Below are positions 25,985 through 35,455 of a stretch of DNA of 64,000 nt, one piece after another; the first letter of the stretch is position 1, and each line of letters starts with the position of its first letter. The notes below the pieces were generated by a model. It saw only the letters and a program-made list of their open reading frames with translations. It searched no databases and was not told the DNA's origin. Made by a program: the position numbers and the translations under genes. Source of the DNA: Pyrinomonadaceae bacterium (GTDB lineage Bacteria; Acidobacteriota; Blastocatellia; Pyrinomonadales; Pyrinomonadaceae); NCBI GenBank assembly GCA_963720235.1, contig OY970389.1, forward strand, positions 5,362,970 to 5,426,969, written 5' to 3'.

Positions 25985-27763
25985 ATGGAAAGCTTAAACC
26001 ATCTCTTGTCGAACACAGACGAGGTTGACGCGCACTTTAGTGCATGGGCGTTACAGTGCTGCGAGTTTGCCAGACAACAGGAAGAGGCTGGCGACTACGA
26101 GGCGGCGCGTCGAATCATGAGCCCGTTCTGGCAAGAGGTGGGCGCGCGTCCAAATCTTGACGGCTTGGATGAAATCACGCGCGCAGAGGTCTTGCTGCGC
26201 GCAGGGGCTTTGTCAGGTTGGATAGGCAGCGCCAACAGGGTCGAAGGCTCACAGGAAATCGCCAAAGATTTGATTAGCGAGAGCCTTGCAATCTTTTCCC
26301 AACAAGCTCTGCCGGACAAAGAAGCACAGGCATGTCTCGCGCTTGCCATCTGCTACTGGCGCGAAGGAGCTTTTGATGAGGCCCGCGCTATCCTGCAAGA
26401 AATACTGGATGGCTTTGCCGGAAATGATTTAATTCTCAAAGCCAGAGCAATGCTTCTCAGGGCAGTAGTCGAAAATTCTGCGACACGTTTTCATGACTCG
26501 CTGCAATTCCTGACAGACGCTTCGCCTTTGTTTGAAGCGATTGACGACCATGCTCTGAAAGGCCGCTTCCATGTCACGCTGGCAAACAATCTGCAATGTC
26601 TGGGGACGAAGGAAGACCGCACGGATTATACAGACCGCGCGCTGGTCGAATATGCTGCTGCGAGTTTTCATTATGAACAGGCGGGCCACACGCGCTATCT
26701 GGCAACAGTTGAGAACAACATCGGATTCCTGTTCTTCACTCTGGGCAAGTTTAGCGAAGCGCACGAACATCTTGACCGCGCGCGTCGGCTGCTCATCAAA
26801 CTACGCGACCATCTGCACACAGCGCAGGTTGACGAAACACGCGCACGCACATTCTTAGCGCAAGGGCTGAACCTCGAAGCAGAACAAGTAGTCAGCAAAG
26901 CTCTTGAGACTTTTGAGCAGGCTGGTGAAAACGCTTTACGGGCTGAAGCCTTAACCACGCAGGGAACTGCGCTGGCGCGGCTCGGTCGAGTAGAGGAAGC
27001 ACGCGAAACTCTGCAACTTGCTATCAACATCTCCGAACGGGCCGGGAGCTTTGAGCTTGCCGGCCTTGCCTCGCTCACCCTTTTAGAAGAGTTAGCAGAC
27101 CACCTCAACGCAGAAGAAGCGGAGAGCTTTTACAGCACCGCCGCACACATGCTCGCGCGCTCACAGCAGCCGGAAATCCTTGCGCGCCTGCGTGAAGCCT
27201 CAAGCCGGATAGGCGATTGGCTAAAGAGCGCAAGCCATCAGCCACTCTCACAACAGAGCGCAACGCGAGCCACTTTGGAAAAGAAAGAAACAGCAGAGTC
27301 CACAATCGAACGCCTCATCGTTGAAGCGCAAAGACTTCATCGCAAAGAAATCTCTTTTACAGAGCAAGCAATCGAAGCTCTGCGCAGACTCTTTCTTAAA
27401 GACCAAGAGCAATCGCTCAGCATGCTCATCGAGCAGACTGTAATCGCGGCCACGCCGGACACGACCATCGAGGCCGAAGCAGTAGAGACCGTCGCGCTGC
27501 GCCGCACGACCCGCGCAAACTTCGCAGAGCCCTGGGCAGATTTTTCGTTAAAGAGCGAGACGCAACTGATTGAGAGACGCTTTATCGAATTGGCTTTGAA
27601 AGAAGCCGACGGGCGCATCTCTGTCGCAGCCAAATTGTTGGGTTTTAATCACCCCGAATTTCTCAACAGCATCATCAAAAGCAGACACCCGGAGCTTCTA
27701 ACAGTTCGCAAGCCCCCAGTCCCGCGCCAGCGCAACACCACACGCAAACGTAAAAAGCGTTAA
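25985..27763 (+). CDS. TPR-like helical-repeat protein with C-terminal Fis-type HTH
   Basis: The C-terminus ERRFIELALKEADGRISVAAKLLGFNHPEFLNSIIK matches the HTH_8/Fis pattern seen in enhancer-binding proteins. The preceding ~450 aa is an alpha-helical repeat. No AAA+ motifs. Confidence 0.55.
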   Translation: MESLNHLLSNTDEVDAHFSAWALQCCEFARQQEEAGDYEAARRIMSPFWQEVGARPNLDGLDEITRAEVLLRAGALSGWIGSANRVEGSQEIAKDLISESLAIFSQQALPDKEAQACLALAICYWREGAFDEARAILQEILDGFAGNDLILKARAMLLRAVVENSATRFHDSLQFLTDASPLFEAIDDHALKGRFHVTLANNLQCLGTKEDRTDYTDRALVEYAAASFHYEQAGHTRYLATVENNIGFLFFTLGKFSEAHEHLDRARRLLIKLRDHLHTAQVDETRARTFLAQGLNLEAEQVVSKALETFEQAGENALRAEALTTQGTALARLGRVEEARETLQLAINISERAGSFELAGLASLTLLEELADHLNAEEAESFYSTAAHMLARSQQPEILARLREASSRIGDWLKSASHQPLSQQSATRATLEKKETAESTIERLIVEAQRLHRKEISFTEQAIEALRRLFLKDQEQSLSMLIEQTVIAATPDTTIEAEAVETVALRRTTRANFAEPWADFSLKSETQLIERRFIELALKEADGRISVAAKLLGFNHPEFLNSIIKSRHPELLTVRKPPVPRQRNTTRKRKKR

Positions 27764-27877
27764 TTAACAGATTCCTTTGAAGGGCCGTAGCCGCCTGATT
27801 TTCAGATAGAGCATTGTTCTTGAAATTTCCTGCTACAACAATCTTGTAAATCCCTTGGAAAATTATTTGCAAGAATC

Positions 27878-27906
27878 TTGAACAGAGAATGGGCTATCAA
27901 TAAAGT
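27878..27906 (+). promoter_or_regulatory. candidate sigma-70-type promoter for the 1007-aa protein gene
   Basis: TTGAAC, 17-nt spacer, TAAAGT, about 110 nt upstream of ATG 28018. Pattern match only. Confidence 0.25.
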
Positions 27907-28017
27907 CCAATTTATCAATGCTTTGAGTTCGTTTTTTCAGATTCAGAAAAATCTGATTCGCGTCATTCGTGGTCGAATGATTTGTTCCCAACTTTGACCT
28001 AACCTGGAGGAGGAGAC

Positions 28018-31000
28018 ATGAAAATCAAGATGAAGCACACTTGTTTCGTATTCATTCTTTTGTTATCGGGCGGCTATCTGGCTTTGAGCGCGAGCCGCAC
28101 TGTAACTTCAACTGCTAAGCCGCCTGCAAAGATTACACGCAGCATCTCTTTACCCGGCGACCAGCCTTCGGGAACTGCGCGTATGCAGTTGGCCCTTGAG
28201 ACTGCGAATAAGAAAAACTTTATGAGCGCGGTCAATAGCGGCGAAGAAGTAAATGCGCTTGCTACGTCTATCGGCCCGACGGAAAGTTTTACAGTTGTCG
28301 GTTTGGATGGCGAGTTTCTCAAGAGCGGTGACCGCGTAAACCTACAGACCGCTAACAAGCTGTTCGTCTGCGCAGAAGGCGGGGGCGGCGGCAGCGTTTC
28401 CGCCAATCGTGAGGAGGCGCGCGAGTGGGAGACATTTACCATCTGGAAGATTGGCGGCGATGGCCTCATCGGTTTTGATGACGCTGTGGCGTTGAAGACT
28501 TGGGACAACACACACTATCTGATTGCAGAGAAGGGAGGCGGCTCTGCGCTCACAGCCGAGAGCGCGACTGTTGGCGAGTCGGAGACATTCAATTTGCGAA
28601 ATGCTTTTTCCCAGAATGACCTTCCGACCTATCTTGACCTCAACCGCGTAGCCTTTCGCACTCGTTACCAGAATCTTTATCTCTCGGCCACCAATGGCGG
28701 CGGAAGCTTTGTCCGCTCAAACGGGATTGATGCCGGGCCGTTTGAGAATTTCAAACTGACGGACATCAACGGCGGCTCGTTTAATGGTTATGATTTGATT
28801 TATGTCCAACCTCACAATCGTAGTTTCTACTTCAACACTCTTGGAGCGGAAGGAGCAGAACTGCGCGCCACTAGTACGCAGCCGAGCTATTACGAAAAAT
28901 TCATGATTCTGAAAATGACGGATGGCGGCTCAATCAGTGGCCCAATCGTCGAGGGCGATACTGTCGCGCTGCTCGCATGGATTGATTATCGCTGGGCCAT
29001 TGCGGAGAACAGCTACATGCGCATGAAGCGCAACAATGAATCGAACAGCCGGATGACGATTCATTCGCAGATGGCCGATTTGGATATGCAATACATCGGG
29101 CGCACGCCGCGTTATCCCTGGAATCAACCTCAGAAGTGGCCCAATCCGGGCGAGCTTGTCACCTTTGAAGGACAAATCGCCAATCGCGGAAATGCCTTCT
29201 CAGGCGCATTTAAATATGCCTGGTATATTGACGGGACGCTCCATGCACAGGGAAGTCATCAAGGGCTTGCGCCGAATGCGACTGACGTTCTGCGATTCAA
29301 CTGGGTCTGGCTGAGCGGCACGCATACTGTGAAGCTTGTGCTGGACACGGGGCAAACCGTCAGAGAAATATCAGAGCGCAACAACTCTGTGGAAGACCGC
29401 ACGAACGCTCTCGCAGTCGGCGTCTATGTCGAGCAGAGCGTCGTGGACTTTTTCAACACTGTAGTCTTCCGCAGTGGCAATCCGAACTCACTCTGGGGCG
29501 GCAACTCTTGGGAGGATTGGGTTCAGCATCAGGTCTCAATCTGGAATGAAAAGATGAGGACTGCCGCTCCGACTCCGGTGCTTGAGCGTGTCAGGTTGGA
29601 CAAGGTTGTCATCGTGCCTGACCACGCTCTGCAATGTCAGACTAACAATCCGGCCATTCCTATTCTTGGTCATCACGACTTTGAAATAGATTTAATCTGG
29701 GGCTTTCCTTCAGCTTATGTCGTGCCGTATCCGCAAAACGGATGCGGTCCCGGAAGCCCCGGATACAGAGACGACCCGAACAACTGGAACTACGACCAAA
29801 ACCTCTTCCATGAAATCAATCACGCGCGCTACGTAGTTGACCTCTACGGTTTCAACGCTCACATTTTTCACTTGCCGCTTGTGCAGAGCATCAGCGCAAC
29901 CAGTTCGGAATTGACAATCGGATGGGAAGGCGGTGGCCCTCCGCCGAATGAGTTTTACGGCGTTCCGACTCATCTCGTGCTCGGCGGAGAGATTGTCTAT
30001 TGCCAGCAAAGAATTGATGACCCTGTCGCCAGAACTTCCAGATTTACACAATGCCAGCGCGGAGCCGAAGCGACTGTGGCCCGCTCGCATGCCTACGGCG
30101 TCAGGGTTTACGGCGGAAATGTTCGCATACAGGATGGATGGGGCAACGCCTTGCTCGATGGGCCGGGACTGCCGCGCGCAGACGGCGACAAGATTCATCA
30201 GGGCATAGACTTCTTCTATGACATCATGAACGCCGGTTCGTTTGTCGGGTCGCACACGGCTTATGCATGGAACAGGATTTTTAATCAGCGTCCGGTGTGC
30301 GGCAATGCTAACGCTCCATGCAACATAGGCGAATACCTCGCAGACCTTCCGCAATCCAATCTACTCGAACTGCGCGAGACAAACGGCCAAATACTCGCCG
30401 GAGCGCAGGTGGAAATTTACAGGGCCAGCCCTTTCCCAATCTGGTACGGCAAGCGTTATGCGGGCGAGCCTCTCAGGGTAATCAGGACAGACGGACAGGG
30501 ACGCGCAGACTTAGGCGGCATGCCTTTCGGGGCCTGCGATCAAGGATACGGCTGCATCAGAAACACCGGCCTCGTGCACACCTTCGGACTCGCCAACGGC
30601 GTACTGCTCTTGAAGATTGTGCATAACAATCGCGTCGGCGTTCAGTTTCTCGAAGTGACTCGCATGAACCTTGAATACGCGCAGGGCCACACACAGCAAG
30701 CGATTTATCCAATCACTTTCAATCGCTGGGCAAACCTTCCATCCAACTCCGCTCCAAACGGAATTGCAGATAGCTATGGCGCGGGCATGAACAGGACTTT
30801 GATTGTGAACGCGCCGGGAGTCTTAGCTAATGACACAGACCCTGACGGCGATGCTTTGACGGCGAGACTCTTCAACGGCCCATCGCACGGCACGCTCTCT
30901 TTGTCCGGCAACGGCTCGTTCACTTACACGCCTGCAAACAATTTCACAGGCACGGATTCCTTCAGGTATCAGGCGCGCGATGTTCACAGCAACTACTCGA

Positions 31001-31041
31001 ATGTTGTCACAGTGACCATCAGCGTCATGTCAGACCATTAG
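28018..31041 (+). CDS. large secreted multidomain protein: beta-trefoil(fascin-like) repeats, CARDB-like domain, HExxH-containing region, C-terminal cadherin/VCBS-like Ig domain
   Basis: Signal peptide present. Repeats of the form YL.A..GGG(S)...A....G.WE.F. A CARDB-like segment (GELVTFEGQIANRGN...). LFHEINHARY HExxH motif. C-terminal VNAPGVLANDTDPDGDALTA...FTYTP...GTDSFRYQA. Confidence 0.6.
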   Translation: MKIKMKHTCFVFILLLSGGYLALSASRTVTSTAKPPAKITRSISLPGDQPSGTARMQLALETANKKNFMSAVNSGEEVNALATSIGPTESFTVVGLDGEFLKSGDRVNLQTANKLFVCAEGGGGGSVSANREEAREWETFTIWKIGGDGLIGFDDAVALKTWDNTHYLIAEKGGGSALTAESATVGESETFNLRNAFSQNDLPTYLDLNRVAFRTRYQNLYLSATNGGGSFVRSNGIDAGPFENFKLTDINGGSFNGYDLIYVQPHNRSFYFNTLGAEGAELRATSTQPSYYEKFMILKMTDGGSISGPIVEGDTVALLAWIDYRWAIAENSYMRMKRNNESNSRMTIHSQMADLDMQYIGRTPRYPWNQPQKWPNPGELVTFEGQIANRGNAFSGAFKYAWYIDGTLHAQGSHQGLAPNATDVLRFNWVWLSGTHTVKLVLDTGQTVREISERNNSVEDRTNALAVGVYVEQSVVDFFNTVVFRSGNPNSLWGGNSWEDWVQHQVSIWNEKMRTAAPTPVLERVRLDKVVIVPDHALQCQTNNPAIPILGHHDFEIDLIWGFPSAYVVPYPQNGCGPGSPGYRDDPNNWNYDQNLFHEINHARYVVDLYGFNAHIFHLPLVQSISATSSELTIGWEGGGPPPNEFYGVPTHLVLGGEIVYCQQRIDDPVARTSRFTQCQRGAEATVARSHAYGVRVYGGNVRIQDGWGNALLDGPGLPRADGDKIHQGIDFFYDIMNAGSFVGSHTAYAWNRIFNQRPVCGNANAPCNIGEYLADLPQSNLLELRETNGQILAGAQVEIYRASPFPIWYGKRYAGEPLRVIRTDGQGRADLGGMPFGACDQGYGCIRNTGLVHTFGLANGVLLLKIVHNNRVGVQFLEVTRMNLEYAQGHTQQAIYPITFNRWANLPSNSAPNGIADSYGAGMNRTLIVNAPGVLANDTDPDGDALTARLFNGPSHGTLSLSGNGSFTYTPANNFTGTDSFRYQARDVHSNYSNVVTVTISVMSDH

Positions 31042-31053
31042 GATGCAGCATCA

Positions 31054-31237
31054 CAGCCCCGCGAGGGGCGGCATGTAATAGCCCACGACGTGAGTCGTGG
31101 GTTAGCAGTAGAAATAAATAATGAGCCCCGTAGGGGCGACATAAATGGTGTCGCCCCTACGGGGCTTGGCTCATGTTTGGTGCGCATGTCCCCGCGCTGA
31201 CGCGCGGGGCTATTGTATGTCGCCCCTAAAGGGGCTG
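31054..31237. repeat. family-A nested-palindrome element, copy 2 (inverted relative to copy 1)
   Basis: Arms CAGCCCCGCGAGGGGCGGCATGTAATAGCCC / revcomp. Hairpins CCCACGACGTGAGTCGTGGG and CCCCGCGCTGACGCGCGGGG. Central GAGCCCCGTAGGGGCGACAT..GTCGCCCCTACGGGGCTT. Fills the gap between convergent stops. Confidence 0.85.
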
Positions 31238-31265
31238 ACAACATTCACCCTTTAATTAACTCTTG

Positions 31266-31679
31266 TCAACGATTCTCGCCCGGTGGCGGGCCGTCTCCTC
31301 TGTTGCGGCGTCTTGCTCCACGTTCTTGTCTCGTTTGCTGGAATCGTTGCCACTGTTCGGTCGTGAGCACTTTCTGTAGGCGTTCATCTGCTTGACTGCG
31401 AATCTCTTTGACGCGCGGCTCGGACTCTTTGCGCAGGGCTTCCAGCTTTTCGCGCGTGTCGCCGAAGATTTGCTGAACCTGAGTTTTCTGCTCTTCGTTC
31501 AGTTGCAACTCCTTGACCATCCGCTCGAAACGATCCTCTCTAATCTGTGCGCCGCCGCCGGGCCTCAGCCATGAGCGATAGGCGTTCAAAGCGAGCGCGC
31601 CAGCCGTGAAGCCTAGTAGAAAAATAATTACTGCCGCGCCGCGCACCTGCCATTTGTTGTTGCTGATATTGTCCATCAT
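31266..31679 (-). CDS. membrane-anchored LTxxQ (Spy/CpxP-like) periplasmic protein
   Basis: N-terminal TM segment (GAAVIIFLLGFTAGALAL). Helical K/E/Q-rich body with LNEEQKTQV and LTTEQWQRF motifs. Last gene of the ECF operon. Confidence 0.55.
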   Translation of the reverse strand: MMDNISNNKWQVRGAAVIIFLLGFTAGALALNAYRSWLRPGGGAQIREDRFERMVKELQLNEEQKTQVQQIFGDTREKLEALRKESEPRVKEIRSQADERLQKVLTTEQWQRFQQTRQERGARRRNRGDGPPPGENR

Positions 31680-32176
31680 TACTTTAAAGCTCCCTCTTCA
31701 GACTCATACAGGGTCGTCAGCACCTGCTCGTATGACATCTGCTCCGCGGGCGATTCGCCTTGATTGAAGAACACTTCGTCCGCCGAATAAGAACTCGAAG
31801 CCGTCGCTAACTCTTGCTGCGTCGTGGTTGGTTGAATCCCCGGAACGAAGAAAGTTAAGACGGCAAGCAAAGCCACTGTGGCGGCCATCGAAGTGACGAG
31901 CGCGCCGGATGCTTCCCAGAGACGCTGGAAGACGGATTTGCTTTGCGCCTGTCGCTCTCTGAGCGCGGCGAGGACTCTGGTCTGGAAGAAAGGTGTTGGC
32001 TCAAACGTCTCTGCCGCGCGTTCTTGCAGAAGAAGCGTAGAGAGTTGCGCGGCCTCGTATGCGCGCCTGCAATCAGAGCACAGCGCGGCGTGTGTGCGAA
32101 CAGTCTCTAAATCGCTTTCGCTTAAATCGCTGAGAGCCATGCTGTCTAAAATTTCTGTGATGTGCTTGTCTTTCAT
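31679..32176 (-). CDS. anti-sigma factor (zf-HC2 type) with one TM
   Basis: H-x3-C-x2-C motif (HAALCSDCRRAY). TM segment ALVTSMAATVALLAVLTFFV. Lies directly downstream of the ECF sigma gene. Confidence 0.65.
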   Translation of the reverse strand: MKDKHITEILDSMALSDLSESDLETVRTHAALCSDCRRAYEAAQLSTLLLQERAAETFEPTPFFQTRVLAALRERQAQSKSVFQRLWEASGALVTSMAATVALLAVLTFFVPGIQPTTTQQELATASSSYSADEVFFNQGESPAEQMSYEQVLTTLYESEEGALK

Positions 32177-32224
32177 CTCTCACCTCTGAGCGGCAAAGTT
32201 TTCTGTGTTTTCTGTAAAAAGTTT

Positions 32225-32884
32225 TTAAGAATCTTTCTTCTTTCGTCTGAGTAATTTTTCCAAAGCCTCGCGCATACGCTTGCGTGCGCGAAACGCCTGC
32301 ACTTTAACTTTCGATTCAGACCATCCGGTCATCTCTGCCACTTCTTTGACGGGCGCGTCTTCGCCGTCAATCATAGTCAAAACAAGGCGGTCATCCGGCG
32401 ACATTGTGCCAAGCACGCGGTCTGCTAAATCTGCTGCGACGAAACCGCGTTCGGCTGCATGGTGACGCTCTGTGGCCGCGCCGGATTGATGCTCATCGAG
32501 CCAGTTCGTTTCATCTTCCGTCAATTCGGAGAGAGTTAACTCCGGCCTGCGCTTTGCGCTGCGCAAGAGGTTGAGGCACGTGTTGGTCGTGATGCGCGTG
32601 AGCCAGCCCTCCATCGAGCCGCGCCCTTCGTAGCTGCCGAGTTGTGTAAACGCTTTCAGAAAAACTTCCTGCGCGGCCTCTTCGACCTGCTCGCGCCTGC
32701 GATAGAAACGACTGGCGACTCGAAACACGCGCGGGCCGTAGCGATTCATTATCTCCGAGAAGGCGGACTCGTCGCCGTCGCGTGCCAGCCGCGCCAACTC
32801 CAAATCCGAAGCCTGTTCGTGCCTGTTTGACAGAAGCCTTGCCCATCCATTTTTGACGGGCGGCGGAAGAGCCGTCTGGCCCAT
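32225..32884 (-). CDS. ECF-type sigma-70 family sigma factor
   Basis: Region 2 (FSEIMNRYGPRVFRVASRFY...AQEVFLKAF...WLTRITTNTCLN) and region 4 (MIDGEDAPVKEVAEMTGWSESKVKVQAFRARKRM). Confidence 0.85.
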   Translation of the reverse strand: MGQTALPPPVKNGWARLLSNRHEQASDLELARLARDGDESAFSEIMNRYGPRVFRVASRFYRRREQVEEAAQEVFLKAFTQLGSYEGRGSMEGWLTRITTNTCLNLLRSAKRRPELTLSELTEDETNWLDEHQSGAATERHHAAERGFVAADLADRVLGTMSPDDRLVLTMIDGEDAPVKEVAEMTGWSESKVKVQAFRARKRMREALEKLLRRKKKDS

Positions 32885-32907
32885 TCCGCCGTTACCGTTG
32901 AAAGAGT

Positions 32908-33480
32908 TTACTGCTGCTGTTGCGGCTGAAGTTTGCCACGCTCGCCGTGTCTCTTGCCATGCCCGTTCCTGAACTCTGCGCGCTTCTTCTGAAACTCTGC
33001 GCGCTTCTGTTCCATCTGGGTTTTCTGCTCAGGCGTCAAGACCGCAAGCATCTCCTGACGAAGCTTAAAACGCTCGCCCATCAGCTTCGCCTGTAGGCTG
33101 GCCGACTCAGTCAACTTCTGTGTTGCCAGAGCTTCGTTAAAAGTTCCGCCCGTGTTCGCCTGACGCATTTCCTGCCGCTTGGCGCGAAGTTCCTGACGCA
33201 AAGCTTTCGTGCGCTCATTAAAGCTCTGATGAATCTGCTTCATGCTCGCCTTCTGCTCGTCAGTCAGGTTCAGACCTCTGAACATCATGCCGGCGCGATG
33301 ACCACCACGATGACCGCCGCGCTGGCCGCGATGTTTGCCGCGTCCCTCTTTGCGCGTCATCTGCTGTGTGCCGCCGTCCTGCGCTGTCGTCGCCGTCTGG
33401 CCCAGAGCCACAGGCGTCGCCAGAGCAATCGCTGCCAGCCCACTGATGGCGAGCGTTTGAATCTTTCCAAGTTTCTTCAT
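32908..33480 (-). CDS. secreted LTxxQ (Spy/CpxP/ZraP-like) protein
   Basis: Signal peptide present. His/Arg/Gly-rich stretch (GRGKHRGQRGGHRGGHRAG). Two LTxxQ motifs (LTDEQKASM, LTPEQKTQM). Confidence 0.6.
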   Translation of the reverse strand: MKKLGKIQTLAISGLAAIALATPVALGQTATTAQDGGTQQMTRKEGRGKHRGQRGGHRGGHRAGMMFRGLNLTDEQKASMKQIHQSFNERTKALRQELRAKRQEMRQANTGGTFNEALATQKLTESASLQAKLMGERFKLRQEMLAVLTPEQKTQMEQKRAEFQKKRAEFRNGHGKRHGERGKLQPQQQQ

Positions 33481-33711
33481 CTTTCTTACTCCTTATTCTA
33501 ACCGATTATGGTTGATGACTCAGGCTCATATAAAAAGCCTCTCAATGGAAAAGACACCGGACTTCGCCAAAGCGTTACACCGCAGGCGGTTCTGACCTCA
33601 TGTCTGAGCCTGCTAAATGCTGCAATAGCATGTCTTACAGGAAGCTTTTTTCTTTCCCGGAAGTGTAACGGATGTGCGCGCGCCGGTGTCTATCTATGTG
33701 TGGGAGGGATT

Positions 33712-35448
33712 ATGAGTCAAGCCATCAACTTTGAAAAAACATCGGGCGGCGCGATACAGGTCGCGTCCGTGTGGGCCAAAGTCATGAAGTTTGTGAAGTC
33801 GCAGTTGGGAAATAAAAAACGTCTTCTTATAGCTTTGTCCGCCATCGGACTGCTCGCTTTCGCAGGCTTCTATTTCTGGGGCAAGAAGGCCAGCGCGGCA
33901 GAGTACATGACCGCCACCGTCGAGCGCGGAAGCTTACGCAACACTGTGACGGCGACGGGCGCGCTGCAAGCAGTGACCACTGTGCAGGTCGGCAGTCAGG
34001 CTTCCGGCACAATCTCCGCGCTGTACGCGGATTTCAATTCGACTGTCAAGAAGGGACAGGTCATAGCACAACTCGACCCCGCGACCACGAAGGCGCAGGT
34101 CGAGCAGGCACGCGCCAATCTTAATCAGGCTCGCGCAGGTCTGGAACAAGCACGCGCCGGTCTCTTGCAGACGCGCGCGGGAATCACTGACGCGCAGGCA
34201 CGTGCGCTGGCTGCTAAATCAACGTCTCAGAATCAGCAGGCCGGAGTCTCAAGCGCGCAGGCCAACGTCTCAGTGATGAAGGCGCAGATGGATGACGCGC
34301 AGAATTTTCTACGTCAGCAGGAATCGCTGGCTGCAAGCGGCGTCATCGCGCGCAGAGAAGTTGAAGTCGCGCAGACGAGTTACAAAACGGCTGAAGCGCG
34401 TTACCAGCAAGCTCTGGCCCAACTGAATCAGGCATCGCTCAGTGAGCAATCATCTTCGAGCGCGGGCATTGTCCAATCGCAGGCACAGGTGCAACAGGCG
34501 CAGGCGCAGGCGCAGAGTTCGCAGGCGCAGATTCAAAACGCGCAGGCGCAGGTGCAGCAAGCGGAAGCCGCGCTCCGTCTGGCCGAACTCAATCAGAGTC
34601 ACACGACCATCACATCACCGATTGATGGCATAGTCGTTTCGCGCAATGTGGATGTGGGCCAGACAGTCGCGGCGAGTCTCTCAGCCCCGACGCTCTTTAC
34701 CATCGCCAACGACCTGACGCAGATGCAGGTCATCGCCAACATAGACCAGGCGGACATAGGTCTCGTCGAGCAAGCCAAAGGTGTCAAGTTTACTGTTGAC
34801 GCTTTTCCGAGCGAAGAGTTTACGGGCGCGATTCAACAGCTTCGCCTGAATCCTGTGAGCGCGCAGAATGTCGTCACTTATAACGTCGTGATTGATGTCA
34901 GCAATCCGAAACAGAAGCTCAAGCCGGGCATGACTGCGAATCTGATAATCACGATTGACGAGCGCAATGATGTCTTGAAAGTCCCCAACTCTGCGTTGCG
35001 TTTCACGCCGCAGGATGCGGCAACAGGAGAGGCGCGCGCGCGGAATAGAAACAGCAGGCAGAACGCGCAAGGTTCTGGACAGCAGAGTTCGCAACAGCAA
35101 CAGTCGCCAGCAGGTTCGTCAGGCGACAACGGCGCACAGTCAGAAGGAACGCGTCAGAACCGTGTCACTCCCTCTACTTCGCCTGTGCTTGAAGGTCAGA
35201 CGCGAAGAGTCTGGGTCATGGGCCAGGACGGAAAGCCGCAGCCGCATCGCATCAAGATTGGATTGACGGACGGCTCTGCAACTGAAGTGGTCGAAGGCGA
35301 TTTGAAAGAGGGCGATGTGGTCATTACAGGCCAGAACATCTCCGGCGCGAGTACGCAGCAGAGCAACACTCAAACTGCACCGGGCTTTGGCGGCGCACAG
35401 CGCGGCGGAGCAGGCGGCGGCAGAGGCGGCGGCGGAAGACAAAGGTAA
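33712..35448 (+). CDS. HlyD/MacA-type periplasmic adaptor with Q/A-rich coiled coil and RGG-rich tail
   Basis: TM anchor LLIALSAIGLLAFAGFYFW. Motifs GSLRNTVTATG, GQVIAQLD, ITSPIDGIVVSRNV, PGMTANL. GGGAGGG SD before ATG 33712. The track ORF from 33508 would abut the divergent gene start. Confidence 0.85.
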   Translation: MSQAINFEKTSGGAIQVASVWAKVMKFVKSQLGNKKRLLIALSAIGLLAFAGFYFWGKKASAAEYMTATVERGSLRNTVTATGALQAVTTVQVGSQASGTISALYADFNSTVKKGQVIAQLDPATTKAQVEQARANLNQARAGLEQARAGLLQTRAGITDAQARALAAKSTSQNQQAGVSSAQANVSVMKAQMDDAQNFLRQQESLAASGVIARREVEVAQTSYKTAEARYQQALAQLNQASLSEQSSSSAGIVQSQAQVQQAQAQAQSSQAQIQNAQAQVQQAEAALRLAELNQSHTTITSPIDGIVVSRNVDVGQTVAASLSAPTLFTIANDLTQMQVIANIDQADIGLVEQAKGVKFTVDAFPSEEFTGAIQQLRLNPVSAQNVVTYNVVIDVSNPKQKLKPGMTANLIITIDERNDVLKVPNSALRFTPQDAATGEARARNRNSRQNAQGSGQQSSQQQQSPAGSSGDNGAQSEGTRQNRVTPSTSPVLEGQTRRVWVMGQDGKPQPHRIKIGLTDGSATEVVEGDLKEGDVVITGQNISGASTQQSNTQTAPGFGGAQRGGAGGGRGGGGRQR

Positions 35449-35455
35449 GGGAAAA

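Noticed and set aside
33508-33711. N-terminal 68-aa extension of the HlyD-family adaptor in the track ORF
   Set aside because: The extension starts 28 nt from the divergent gene start, is Cys-rich and non-conserved-looking, and has no SD. ATG 33712 has a GGGAGGG SD and gives a normal short cytoplasmic tail plus TM anchor.
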